A stretch of 49,024 nucleotides of DNA. Origin: Promethearchaeota archaeon. GTDB lineage: Archaea > Asgardarchaeota > Lokiarchaeia > Sigyniarchaeales > SOKP01. The stretch is taken from contig JALGVJ010000029.1 in assembly GCA_029838195.1 (NCBI GenBank), positions 1-49,024 of the forward strand. Direction: 5' to 3'. Each line of letters starts with the position of its first letter. Position 1 is the first letter of the stretch. Below the pieces are notes generated by a model. The model worked only from the letters and a program-made list of their open reading frames with translations. It ran no database searches and was not told the DNA's origin. The position numbers and the translations under genes were made by a program. Of the stretch, positions 9,367 through 18,977 are shown piece by piece.

Positions 9367-9567
9367 TTACCTGTAAAAACTTTTTGTTCCGTTAAAGGGA
9401 TTATGACGATTCCTCCATGCAGGTTGCCTGAGCTTCGCAGTTCTTCCAAATCCACAGCTAGCGCAATATCCTTTTCTTCTATGAAAAGAATGCTTTCCAC
9501 ATCGCCTGCAGGTCTTATGCGAAGCGGCTTTATTTTTTTTCCCCTTACTTGGTGTTCCTTTTCCCAT
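9367..9567 (-). CDS. rpl37e: 50S ribosomal protein L37e
   Basis: MGKGTPSKGKKN...CRRCGKHSFH...CASCGFG. Confidence 0.97.
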   Translation of the reverse strand: MGKGTPSKGKKNKAASHKTCRRCGKHSFHRRKGYCASCGFGRTAKLRQPAWRNRHNPFNGTKSFYR

Positions 9568-9585
9568 GATTTTTACCTCATTTTT

Positions 9586-9903
9586 TTAATCTTCTTCTGG
9601 CTCTTCTTCAGATATTTTTTTTAAATGTTCTTCCTCTTCCATTTCGGAAAAAACTAGTTTTTCTCGCTCCTGGCCGATGAATATTATAGATGCCCCTCGT
9701 ATCATGATCGTCCCTAGATCCTTGCTGCGCTTTCCACCTCGTCCAAAATATATTTCCTTGGCATTTTTCACGATTAAATTCATGTAATTATCAAATCGAA
9801 CCAACTTTCCCGTGATATACGTGTTCCAAATTTTTAATTTTATTCTTACTTCGTCTTTTAAGATAGCTTTGCTAAGGGTGCTCTTGATAGTGTGTTGAGA
9901 CAT
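9586..9903 (-). CDS. Sm-like (LSm/SmAP) RNA-binding protein with acidic tail
   Basis: Sm1 GKLVRFDNYMNLIVKNA and Sm2 IMIRG; conserved position upstream of rpl37e. Confidence 0.88.
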   Translation of the reverse strand: MSQHTIKSTLSKAILKDEVRIKLKIWNTYITGKLVRFDNYMNLIVKNAKEIYFGRGGKRSKDLGTIMIRGASIIFIGQEREKLVFSEMEEEEHLKKISEEEPEED

Positions 9904-10017
9904 TACCTTTCCACAATTCAGCGAAATTTACGGTATATAGTAATTAGAATTTTAAATATTTTTTTATATTTGTAAGGATTTTTCTTCAATATAAAAATTT
10001 TTTCAAATTGATAATAA

Positions 10018-11055
10018 ATGGAAAGGATAGGTATATTCGATTCTGGAGTGGAGACGCCCGAAGAAATCATCATGGCAGCGGGCTTTACACCCTATCGCCT
10101 TTTTGGTGATCCTTCAATTCAGCCGGAGAAAGCCAATGAGCACATCCCCCCCACGCACTGTGTATGGACGAGAAATCTTCTTGAGAGGGCCCTAACAGGT
10201 GATTATGGGGATTTAAAGGGGATTATTGCCACCCACGGATGCGATCGAACGAATCGCGAGTTTGATATTTGGGTGGAATGCTTGAATTTAAAGTTCATGT
10301 TTTTCTTGAATTCGCCTAGGAAACGAGGCGAGAAACCTCTCGAATTTTTTATCACTGACATGAAGGAGCTCATTTTGCAATTAGAAGAGACATTCGGGGT
10401 TCAAGTTTCTACTGAAAAATTAAAAGATGCCATCAACACGATGAATGAAATACGAGGTCTTCTAAAATTCTTATCGGAATTGCGAAAAGAAAACAAAATT
10501 AAAGGTTCTGAACTTCATGGCATGGTAAAAGCTGCTCAAATGAATGACAAGGAGGAAACATTAGCTTATTTGAGAAATCAACTGGAAGAAATAAAAACAA
10601 GAAACCCCTTTGAAGATGGAAAATTAAAGAAGGTGTTATTAACCGGTTCTGATATTGATGACACGGAATTTATTAAATTCTTGGAAGATTTGGGATTTCA
10701 CATCGTAATCGATGATTTATGCGTTGGAACGAAGTATTATTGGAATACAGTTGATGAATCTAAGGATCCTTTGCACGCATTAGCAGAATATCATTTATCC
10801 AAGCCGATATATTCCACGAAATATCCCTCTTACGAGCGATTTAAGATTTTAAAGGAATATGCTGAAAAATATGAGGTTCAAGGAGTCATCAATATAGCTC
10901 AAAAATTCTGTGAACCCATCTTGTATGAACATCCTTACATGATGAAAAAATTTAAAGAACTTGAAATTCCGTATCTTTTTGTCGAAATGACTTATAATAA
11001 AGAATCTTATAAGCAATTATCAACAAGATTTTCAGCATTTGCTGAAATCATTTGA
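10018..11055 (+). CDS. 2-hydroxyacyl-CoA dehydratase / benzoyl-CoA reductase family subunit (HadC/HgdB-like)
   Basis: PEEIIMAAG, HGCD, DDLCVG, KFCEP, TRFSAFAE. Confidence 0.88.
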   Translation: MERIGIFDSGVETPEEIIMAAGFTPYRLFGDPSIQPEKANEHIPPTHCVWTRNLLERALTGDYGDLKGIIATHGCDRTNREFDIWVECLNLKFMFFLNSPRKRGEKPLEFFITDMKELILQLEETFGVQVSTEKLKDAINTMNEIRGLLKFLSELRKENKIKGSELHGMVKAAQMNDKEETLAYLRNQLEEIKTRNPFEDGKLKKVLLTGSDIDDTEFIKFLEDLGFHIVIDDLCVGTKYYWNTVDESKDPLHALAEYHLSKPIYSTKYPSYERFKILKEYAEKYEVQGVINIAQKFCEPILYEHPYMMKKFKELEIPYLFVEMTYNKESYKQLSTRFSAFAEII

Positions 11056-11067
11056 GGAGGTGCAACC

Positions 11068-12333
11068 ATGGGTGTAAAAAAAACCGAAAATAAAGCTAAA
11101 ATGTTGAATGCCACGCAAGGCTTGAAAAATATCATGGGACGCCATTTTTTAGCGATTGAACAAGCATATCGGGATGCTAAACCAACCGCTTGGGCGACGT
11201 CTGGAAGCCCTGTAGAATTTCTCTATATGATGGATGTCCAACCCATGCTTCCGGAAAATTCAGCAACAGTTAGTGCGGCTCAAAAATATTCTCAACGATT
11301 CATAGAACTCGCCGAAGAAGAAGGATTCTCTTACGACCTATGCTCTTATTTTAAAACGAATGTAGGGGCAGTATTAACAAATGCAGACATGAGTAAAGGA
11401 GGTACCAGGAAGCCCACTTTCATGTTATCCACTGATGTAATATGCGATACACACGTGAACTGGTTTCAAGTCCAAGCTGAACGATTTAACGTGCCTCACT
11501 ATACTATTGATGTGCCTCATGTCGTCAGTAACACCAATCAAAGGCAATATGACTATTTCAAAAATTATGTAAAGGAACAGCTCTATGAGTTAATAGATTT
11601 CATCCAAGAAGTTACCGGCCATGAATATGATGAGGAGAAAGGGCGCGAAGTTGCCCTTAATTCATGGAACTTGAGCATGGTCTGGCAAGATATCTATGAA
11701 CTAAGAAAAGCAGTGCCGTGCCCCATTTCTACAAGAGATACTTTCGGAGGGTTGTTTCCGCTTTTCACGATGCCCGGCTTAAAAGAACCCATTAAATTAT
11801 ACAAGCGAATGTACAAGGAAGCGAAAACACGGGTGGATAATGGAATCGGAGCTTTGGATGAGGAAAATTATCGTCTCATGTTCGAGGGCATTCCCTTCTG
11901 GTACGCTTTAAAATATTTCTCCACCTTAGAAAAATACGGCGCAATAATCGTGTACGAGCCTTATACTTACGCTTTCTCAAAATTCATGAATCCAAACGTG
12001 ACAAAAGAAAAGCTCTTAAACGATCCTATTGATGCCATGTCGGAACTCTTGCTGAGCTTTTGGTATATCTATGACTTGAAAACTCGGATTAAAAAATTTG
12101 CCGAAACGGTAAAAGAATGGAAAATCGATGGCGTGCTATTACATGAAAATCTCTCTTGCCGCCCCAACTCTTGCGGCTTGTATGACTTGAAAAAACATTT
12201 ATTGGAAGATTATGATATTCCTTCTCTAATAATCAACGCAGACATGAATGATCCACGTAAATTCAATGAGGAGCAATTAACAAATCAGATAGAAAGCTTC
12301 ATTGAAATTTTGGAAAAGAGGAAAAAAAGATAA
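11068..12333 (+). CDS. 2-hydroxyacyl-CoA dehydratase family subunit (HadB/HgdA-like)
   Basis: PEN, DLCSY, ICD, SCRP, DMNDPR; GGAGGTG Shine-Dalgarno upstream. Confidence 0.88.
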   Translation: MGVKKTENKAKMLNATQGLKNIMGRHFLAIEQAYRDAKPTAWATSGSPVEFLYMMDVQPMLPENSATVSAAQKYSQRFIELAEEEGFSYDLCSYFKTNVGAVLTNADMSKGGTRKPTFMLSTDVICDTHVNWFQVQAERFNVPHYTIDVPHVVSNTNQRQYDYFKNYVKEQLYELIDFIQEVTGHEYDEEKGREVALNSWNLSMVWQDIYELRKAVPCPISTRDTFGGLFPLFTMPGLKEPIKLYKRMYKEAKTRVDNGIGALDEENYRLMFEGIPFWYALKYFSTLEKYGAIIVYEPYTYAFSKFMNPNVTKEKLLNDPIDAMSELLLSFWYIYDLKTRIKKFAETVKEWKIDGVLLHENLSCRPNSCGLYDLKKHLLEDYDIPSLIINADMNDPRKFNEEQLTNQIESFIEILEKRKKR

Positions 12334-12609
12334 TTATACATGTTTATACTTTTTTTTATAAAATTCAAGAATTTTTTCCCTTGGAATCACTACACATCGC
12401 CTTGCCCATTTTTCATAAGCATCTATCATGGATTTGGCTTGTTCGGGATGCTCTTTAATTATATCATGTAATTCCGTGTGATCTTTCTCCATATCATACA
12501 AATCCTACTCATTAGGAAATTCTCGAACCAATTTCCACTTTCCTTGGCGAACAGCTGCATTCCCCTCGTGTTCAAAAAATAGTAGGCCCTTCCCATTATC
12601 TTGATTATT
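12305..12609. repeat. Left copy of ~305-bp direct repeat (dehydratase 3' end + sulfatase 3' end)
   Basis: Aligns by eye to 14922-15225 with about 9 substitutions and one A-run indel. Confidence 0.95.
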
Positions 12610-12629
12610 CCACTTATTTCCAAATTTGA
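12334..12629 (-). pseudogene. Degenerate duplicate of the arylsulfatase 3' end
   Basis: Copy of 14950-15225 joined to 15518-15539 (internal deletion of ~290 nt); TGG->TAG at 12505-12507; no start. Confidence 0.9.
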
Positions 12630-12959
12630 AATTCCAAATTTGAATTTTTAATAATTCCGCAAAACGGGGAATCTCTGCTTGAAGATAATAAATACCGTGC
12701 AGCTATTGATGGTATTGGAAAAGAAGATCTTTATTTATATACTGATGTAAAACGTTCTAAGGCAGAAATAGCAAGCGTAATTGATTATCTGGAATTACTT
12801 GCAAATAAAAATAAACCCATAATGATTATTGATTATCCTACTCTCTATTCCAATATCAAAGAATTTTTTTACCTCGCTTGGCAAGATGGATTTTTAGCTC
12901 ACGCGCCTCCCAGAGATTTAGATGAGTTAATTTATTATCCCGATTTTCCTCCAGATTAA
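12630..12959 (+). pseudogene. 5'-truncated MJ1477/TM1410 (GH114-like) glycoside hydrolase fragment
   Basis: 109-codon open frame not in the ORF track: FLIIPQNGESLL...AIDGIGKEDLY...IMIIDY...GFLAHAPPRDLDEL*; begins at the repeat junction with no start codon at its 5' end. Confidence 0.7.
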
Positions 12960-13136
12960 ACATTATTAAAAATATTAATACTAAAAAGATTAAATTGCTT
13001 ATAAAATACTAAAAATAATGCAATTATTTTTTTAAAAATTAAAATAGAATCTTTTAATAATATTTATCTAATCTATCAGATGTTTTAATATTAAATAGAA
13101 TTTCATAATAATATCCAAAATTAATGATATTACACC

Positions 13137-14093
13137 ATGTTTGTAGAAACTCTTGATATTAAAGAATTTAGAGGTATAAAAGATTGTAAAAAAAAGATTG
13201 AATTATCAGAATTTACCATTTTAATTGGAAAAAATAATTCGGGTAAAACATCTGTTTTAGAAGCATTATCCTTATTACCGCATGTTGAAGTCAAGGATAA
13301 ATTATTTAATAAGAGTAAAATATCAGTTCTAAAAGAATTGCATTCTTCTAGAAATATTTTTTACCGCTATTCCGGACAATTTAATTTAACTTATTTTATT
13401 AACAATGAACCAATTCTTTTAACTTGTAATGAAAAATTTCATTTTACGGTTAAATTTAGAAAGAAGGCAATTACTCCTCAAGAATTGGCGCGCCAATTAT
13501 CACATTCTTTCAATAAGAAAGATAATGAAATGGTTCAATTTTTACCCTTTAATCAAATAACTATACAACAATTACAAACTAAACTAAATCAATTAAAAGA
13601 TAAGCTTACTAAAAAAGGGCTTCATATTACCTTAGCAAAATTCTTGAATAAATGTGTAAATGACAAATTCAGTGAACTCGTCTTTTTACAACCTGTAAGT
13701 TTAAGAAAAATATATGCAGATAATACATTTTATCTTGAATTAAAAGATCTTGGATCTGGTGCTGAAAAAGTCATTTTAACCATGGCATTTCTCGAAATCA
13801 TGGATCCATTATTAGTACTGATTGATGATTTTGAAGCCGGACTTCATCCAAGCTTGTTAAAATCTTTTTTAAAATGGCTTAATGAAAAAAAGTTTCAAAA
13901 AATAATCTCGACGCATAGTATAGATGTTTTATACCATTTGACGGAGATACATCCTAAAAATTCCACGATTTTGTTATTGGATAAATCAAATGAAGACATA
14001 TTATGCTATAAAAAATTAACGATTGATGAGCTTGAAGATATTATAAATGCAAATCATGACCCCCGTTTATTACCAAATGTTTTAGAAATCTAA
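13137..14093 (+). CDS. ABC-type AAA_15/AAA_21 ATPase (OLD/AriA/AbiEii-like)
   Basis: IKEFRGI, Walker A GKNNSGKT, signature LGSG, Walker B/D-loop LIDDFEAGLHP, H-loop STHS. Confidence 0.88.
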   Translation: MFVETLDIKEFRGIKDCKKKIELSEFTILIGKNNSGKTSVLEALSLLPHVEVKDKLFNKSKISVLKELHSSRNIFYRYSGQFNLTYFINNEPILLTCNEKFHFTVKFRKKAITPQELARQLSHSFNKKDNEMVQFLPFNQITIQQLQTKLNQLKDKLTKKGLHITLAKFLNKCVNDKFSELVFLQPVSLRKIYADNTFYLELKDLGSGAEKVILTMAFLEIMDPLLVLIDDFEAGLHPSLLKSFLKWLNEKKFQKIISTHSIDVLYHLTEIHPKNSTILLLDKSNEDILCYKKLTIDELEDIINANHDPRLLPNVLEI

Positions 14094-14118
14094 ACACTAA
14101 ATTTTAATAAGATTTATA

Positions 14119-14760
14119 ATGATGTTCTTAGATGGTTTTGAACAAGGTAAAGCGGATTTTATAGTTATTTTAGGGGATGGTTCTTTTGATAAAAAAGTTC
14201 TAATGGGCATTGCAAGAAAATTAGATGGAAAAAACATTAGTTTAGGAATTCCAAGTATAATTTTTCAAAGAAAAACTGGATTAAGAGCAATAGACGCATT
14301 AAAAACGTATATCGGGAAATCGAGAATATCCTCTTATATTTTCATGACGGATAGAGATGTTTTTAAATATAATCCCATAAATGAAATACATTCTTATTTA
14401 AATTCAATAGGGATTGAAGTTATTAATTGGCATTTAATAAAAGAAGCTTACCTGCATGAATGTCGATTAGGAAATAATGCATTTAAATTGTATTCAATCA
14501 TCGCGGGATCTACAACTTTTATAGAAGAGGAAATAGCTAAATTATTAGAATTATCTTTAGGGGAGAAAATAAATCTTAATGGTGAGCGAGATAATTCATG
14601 GAAAAACCGCATAAAATCTGAAGTTAAACAAATCTTGCGCCAAAAAGGAATTAAAATTGATAAATTTATTATTAATAATGTCAATAAAAGTATTTTAGAA
14701 CGAGCTTTTCCTAACATTTATGCTGTAATGAAACATATAGAAAAGATACATGTCTCTTAA
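14119..14760 (+). CDS. Putative TOPRIM-like partner of the ATPase
   Basis: FIVILGDGSFD (EGxxD-like), FMTDRD (DxD), FIEEEI; 25 nt downstream of the ATPase. Confidence 0.55.
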   Translation: MMFLDGFEQGKADFIVILGDGSFDKKVLMGIARKLDGKNISLGIPSIIFQRKTGLRAIDALKTYIGKSRISSYIFMTDRDVFKYNPINEIHSYLNSIGIEVINWHLIKEAYLHECRLGNNAFKLYSIIAGSTTFIEEEIAKLLELSLGEKINLNGERDNSWKNRIKSEVKQILRQKGIKIDKFIINNVNKSILERAFPNIYAVMKHIEKIHVS

Positions 14761-14921
14761 TCATATATGTTCCAATAATAGATTAAGAAAAATTTTATAG
14801 CTTTTATGAATTTCCTCTTTGACTATGAATTAAACATAATAGCTTCTATTTAAAGCTATTTCAACCATGACGACTAATTTTTTTAAATTTAAAAAAAGTT
14901 TAATATTATAATTTAGGAGAA

Positions 14922-15225
14922 AAATTTTGGAAAAGAGGAAAAAAGATAATTATACATGTTTATACTTTTTTTTATAAAATTCAAGAATTTTTTCCCTTGG
15001 AATCACTCCACATCGCCTTGACCATTTTTCATAAGCATTTATCATGGATTTGGCTTGTTCAGGATGCTCTTTAATTATATTATGTAATTCCGTGCGATCT
15101 TTCTCCATGTCATACAATTCCCACTCATTAGGAAATTCTCGAACCAATTTCCACTTTCCTTGGCGAACAGCTGCATTCCCCTCGTGTTCAAAAAATAGTA
15201 GGCCCTTCCCATTATCTTGATTATT
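14922..15225. repeat. Right copy of ~305-bp direct repeat
   Basis: Contains the last ~9 codons of the dehydratase (1-nt deletion) and the intact sulfatase 3' end. Confidence 0.95.
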
Positions 15226-16548
15226 AAAAATAGGGGCTAAGCTCGTCCCTTCTAGTGGTAAGATGGAGCGTCCCTTAAATGTTTTAGGATATTCGAACCC
15301 TGTAATATCAACAATGGTTGCCATCACGTCAGTTAATTGCGCCAGTTGATGCCGTAATTCTCCCCGTGCTTTTATTCCATTGGGCCAATGAACGATGAAA
15401 GGCGTGGCAATTCCCCCTTCATGAGTCCATTTTTTAAATTTTCGATAAGGCGTATTAGATAAGTTTGCCCAGGCGATTCCGTAGCTCTGATATGTATCTT
15501 CAGCACCCGGCATGAATTTCCACTTATTTCCAAATTTGACGGGTTTACCCGAACGAGTTTTTGCTCGAGCACTCCCCTCTTCGATCATGAGATTTTTCAT
15601 TACGGAACCAAGCGGTTCGGCGCATCCCCCATTGTCCGAAAGAAAAATGATTAATGTATCATAAAAGCAACCCGTTCGCTTCAATACTTCTATTATTCTT
15701 CCTATTCCTTGATCCATGGAATCAATCTGGGCAGCATATACCTCCATTCGCTTTTGCTCCCAATCTTTATGCTTCTTAGATTCCCATGAGGGTGCCCCGG
15801 GATCTCGGTCAGATAACCTCCAATCTTCTTGAATGATGCCCATTTTAATCATGCGGTCAAATCGGTCTTCTCGTAGTTGATCCCATCCTGATTCGAATCT
15901 ACCCTCATATTTCTGAATATCTTCTTCTTTTGCATGTAATGGCCAATGAGGGGCTGTATATGCTACATACAAGAAAAACGGAATATCTGAATGATTTTCG
16001 CGATGTTGTTCAATATATTTCACGGCGTTGTCACTTATGGCATCCGTATAATAAAAATCCTTATCTTCTAATGCCTCTTTATCAATGTTTACATTATCAC
16101 GCGTTAAGCTGCGGGGATAAAAATAGCTGTTCGCTCCCACGATCGTACCATAAAAATGATTAAAACCGCGCTGATTTGGCCAAGAATTACTCACCTTAAA
16201 TTTACTGGAAGACACGTGCCATTTTCCGCTCATGTAAGTTTCATAACCGTTTTCTTTTAGCAATTCTGCTATTGTAATACAGCGATCATTCAAATCTCCC
16301 GCATAACCTTCCGGCCGATCATCGTCCACTAAAATGCCAATACCCGTCTGATGTGGATGTAATCCTGTTAATAGGGAAGCTCTTGATGGGGAACAACGTG
16401 CCGTGTTATAAAATTGAGTGAATCTTATTCCATTTGCAGCTAATCCATCAAGGGAAGGAGTTTCAATCTCTCCGCCATAGCAACCGAGATCCGAATATCC
16501 CATGTCATCGGCTAAAATGAGTAAAACATTAGGTTTTTTTACACTCAT
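14950..16548 (-). CDS. Arylsulfatase (formylglycine-dependent, AtsA-like)
   Basis: ADDMGYSD, CSPSRASLLTG, GKWH, YTAPHWPL, SDNG. Confidence 0.95.
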   Translation of the reverse strand: MSVKKPNVLLILADDMGYSDLGCYGGEIETPSLDGLAANGIRFTQFYNTARCSPSRASLLTGLHPHQTGIGILVDDDRPEGYAGDLNDRCITIAELLKENGYETYMSGKWHVSSSKFKVSNSWPNQRGFNHFYGTIVGANSYFYPRSLTRDNVNIDKEALEDKDFYYTDAISDNAVKYIEQHRENHSDIPFFLYVAYTAPHWPLHAKEEDIQKYEGRFESGWDQLREDRFDRMIKMGIIQEDWRLSDRDPGAPSWESKKHKDWEQKRMEVYAAQIDSMDQGIGRIIEVLKRTGCFYDTLIIFLSDNGGCAEPLGSVMKNLMIEEGSARAKTRSGKPVKFGNKWKFMPGAEDTYQSYGIAWANLSNTPYRKFKKWTHEGGIATPFIVHWPNGIKARGELRHQLAQLTDVMATIVDITGFEYPKTFKGRSILPLEGTSLAPIFNNQDNGKGLLFFEHEGNAAVRQGKWKLVREFPNEWELYDMEKDRTELHNIIKEHPEQAKSMINAYEKWSRRCGVIPREKILEFYKKKYKHV

Positions 16549-16652
16549 GGGTTACTTTTCATTTCTATTGTTAGCTTGAGTCTTATATTTTTTATGCATT
16601 TTTAAAATTGACTTGTTATTTAAAATTCGAAATATTTTAAATTTTGGCATCC

Positions 16653-16668
16653 CGCGGAATATTCCGTG
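16653..16668. promoter_or_regulatory. Near-perfect palindrome, candidate operator upstream of the sulfatase
   Basis: CGCGGAATATTCCGTG with perfect 12-bp core CGGAATATTCCG in an AT-rich spacer. Confidence 0.3.
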
Positions 16669-16709
16669 AGTATTTAATCCCTCAGATGTTTTCAAATTAT
16701 GGAAAAAAA

Positions 16710-17057
16710 TTAATTAGATATTCTTACTTGAGAGTTAGGTGTTAGAATCAAATATTTATCGCCAATTCGTCCGATGGAACCGCCACTTTTTTTCAAGAAT
16801 TCTTTCAACTCATCAATGGCTCTTTTGAGCTCTTCAATTTGTAGATCTTTTCGTCCAAACAAATCTTCCGCATCAAGGATTAAAATCTTGCGATTCCTGA
16901 GATGACTTTTAATTTCGGGAATCTGGGAGAGAGAATTAAAGTTGTACTTTTTTATGAAAAATTTCTGAAAGGAAGGTAAGAGGTCCGGGCTAAGACCTAA
17001 AATATCCATGGGCGATTCAAAACCTTCATTATTTTCTTTTTTCCATGATCTTGGCAT
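16710..17057 (-). CDS. sepF: Cell division protein SepF (archaeal type)
   Basis: EIKSHLRNRKILILD...ELKRAIDELK...GGSIGRIGDKYLILTP. Confidence 0.8.
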   Translation of the reverse strand: MPRSWKKENNEGFESPMDILGLSPDLLPSFQKFFIKKYNFNSLSQIPEIKSHLRNRKILILDAEDLFGRKDLQIEELKRAIDELKEFLKKSGGSIGRIGDKYLILTPNSQVRISN

Positions 17058-17360
17058 GCTTATTCACGTGAATTTGGTTTTATTTAATTTTTTTTATCAA
17101 GAAAGAAATGAGTTTCATTCTTTATATAAATCAAAAATATTCAGAGTTCCATTCAGGTGTTTTTTGAATGTTATTAAGAGATAGTTCTACATGATATTCT
17201 GAAATTTTTATTATGGAAATTTACATCTGTAGAACTTTACAATATAAACAATGTTAATTAAAAAATGCAAAAAAAGAAACTTAAAAGTATTTATACTCAC
17301 GATTCATATTTATTAATATCATTACGAATATTAAACTTAGAAATATAAACTCGCAAGAAA

Positions 17361-17828
17361 ATGAGCGAAAAAATAATTGTAGCAAATAAAGGGCTTGTTA
17401 AAGCCGATTTTGCATTCTGGGTAGGTCAGTACATGGATAAGTTTTATGATAGCTTGGAACAAAAGAAAATTATTGGCAATAAATGTCAAAAATGCGGAGA
17501 CGTTTTTGTTCCTCCAAGAAAAATCTGCGGAAAATGCAATATTACCATTCCGCTCGAGGAAAATTGGGTAGAATTGCCGGACACGGGAATTCTTGTTAAT
17601 TATACCATTACACCTTATCGCGTGAGCGATAGAAGAGCAAGAAAAGCAAAATCCATGATTATAGGAATGATAAATATCGATGGAAGCAATACATGCATCG
17701 TGTATCCGCTTTTAGATGTTAATCCGGAAAATATCAAATTAAATATGAAGGTTAAAATCGCTTGGAATGATAAAACAGAAGGAGCTCCCTCTGATATCAA
17801 GGGATTTACCCCAATAGGAGGTGAATAA
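17361..17828 (+). CDS. DUF35 Zn-ribbon/OB-fold acyl-CoA-binding protein
   Basis: KIIGNKCQKCGDVFVPPRKICGKC, G..VNYT, MKVKIAW. Confidence 0.9.
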   Translation: MSEKIIVANKGLVKADFAFWVGQYMDKFYDSLEQKKIIGNKCQKCGDVFVPPRKICGKCNITIPLEENWVELPDTGILVNYTITPYRVSDRRARKAKSMIIGMINIDGSNTCIVYPLLDVNPENIKLNMKVKIAWNDKTEGAPSDIKGFTPIGGE

Positions 17829-17833
17829 CAAGA

Positions 17834-18976
17834 ATGGAAAAAGTGGGAATCGTAGGATATCATCAAGTCAAGCTTTATTCAGATGCGAACTATGGCCGAT
17901 ATGAAATGATTTTTGAAGCCGTTCGAGGCGCTATGGACATGGCAGGCTTAAAGAAAAAAGATATCACGACCGTCGTGTCTGCAACTAATGATTATTATGA
18001 TGGAAGAACCATATCAAATTGTTTTACCGTAGAAGTTGGTGGAGCCTATTTGGCAGATGAAAGTAAAGCAGAAATGGATGGTGCTCATGCGGTTTTGTAT
18101 GGATTGATGCGAATTCTTTCAGGAAATCATAAACTTGCCGTAGTATGGGGAGGTTCCATGCCTTCTTGTTATCCTTATCACTCCACGCGCTTATATGAAA
18201 CCGATCCTACCTGGGAACGTCCCGTGGCCTATGTGAATGATATCACTGCTGCGGGCTTCCAAATGAGAGCTTATATGGAAAAATATGGCGTTAGCGTCGA
18301 GGATATTGCCCGTGTGGCAGTAAAAAACCATAAAAACGCAGCAAAAAATCCTCTGGCCTTACAAGAGGCTCAATTGCCAGATTTGACCGTTCAAGATGTC
18401 TTGAATTCCGAAATATATGCAGATCCCGTGACTGAATTGATGGTCGCACAACCCTGCGATGGAGTAGCTGCTTTATTATTAGCACCCGAACGCCAAGCTC
18501 GAAAAATAACGGATAAACCCGTGTGGATTACGGGGGTTGGATATAACCAAGATCCTTATTATTTAGGAGATCGGGATTTAGCCACGTGTAAATCTATGGA
18601 GTTAGCGGGTCAAATGGCTTTTAAAACTGCTGGAATTAGCGATCCAAAATCTGAAATTGACGTGGCCGAAATTTTTGAATCATGCGCCCATGAAGAATTA
18701 ATCTTGATGGAAGCGTTAAACCTAGCTGAAAAAGGTAAAGGTGTGGAACTCAACACAAATATTGATGGAGATCTTCCAATCAATCCCTCTGGTGGCGCTA
18801 TTGGCGGAAATTCCCCATGCGCTACTGGTTTAATAAGGATCATCGAAGCTGTTAAACAACTTCGGGGAGAAGCTGGAGCATATCAAGTAAAAAATGCAAA
18901 AAAAGCTATTGCCACGGGGCAAATTGGTATGTGTGCCCAAAATAATATAATATATGTTTTGGAGGGTGAACAATAA
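17834..18976 (+). CDS. Thiolase-fold (SCP-x type) protein, Ltp4-like, lacking the N-terminal acylation Cys
   Basis: DYYDGRTISN, ESKAEMDGAHA, PCDG, INPSGG, ATGLIRI. Confidence 0.8.
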   Translation: MEKVGIVGYHQVKLYSDANYGRYEMIFEAVRGAMDMAGLKKKDITTVVSATNDYYDGRTISNCFTVEVGGAYLADESKAEMDGAHAVLYGLMRILSGNHKLAVVWGGSMPSCYPYHSTRLYETDPTWERPVAYVNDITAAGFQMRAYMEKYGVSVEDIARVAVKNHKNAAKNPLALQEAQLPDLTVQDVLNSEIYADPVTELMVAQPCDGVAALLLAPERQARKITDKPVWITGVGYNQDPYYLGDRDLATCKSMELAGQMAFKTAGISDPKSEIDVAEIFESCAHEELILMEALNLAEKGKGVELNTNIDGDLPINPSGGAIGGNSPCATGLIRIIEAVKQLRGEAGAYQVKNAKKAIATGQIGMCAQNNIIYVLEGEQ

Positions 18977-18977
18977 A

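Larger units (their letters stand above)
12630..14921. mobile_element. Small AT-rich genomic islet bounded by direct repeats; no integrase or transposase inside
   Basis: Interrupts a duplicated convergent gene junction; carries a truncated gene and an ATPase/TOPRIM-like pair. Confidence 0.6.

Noticed and set aside
12630-12959. Link between the MJ1477-like fragment (once proposed as a CysRS) and nearby SepCysS
   Set aside because: That family is now regarded as a glycoside hydrolase; the fragment is truncated islet cargo 7 kb away
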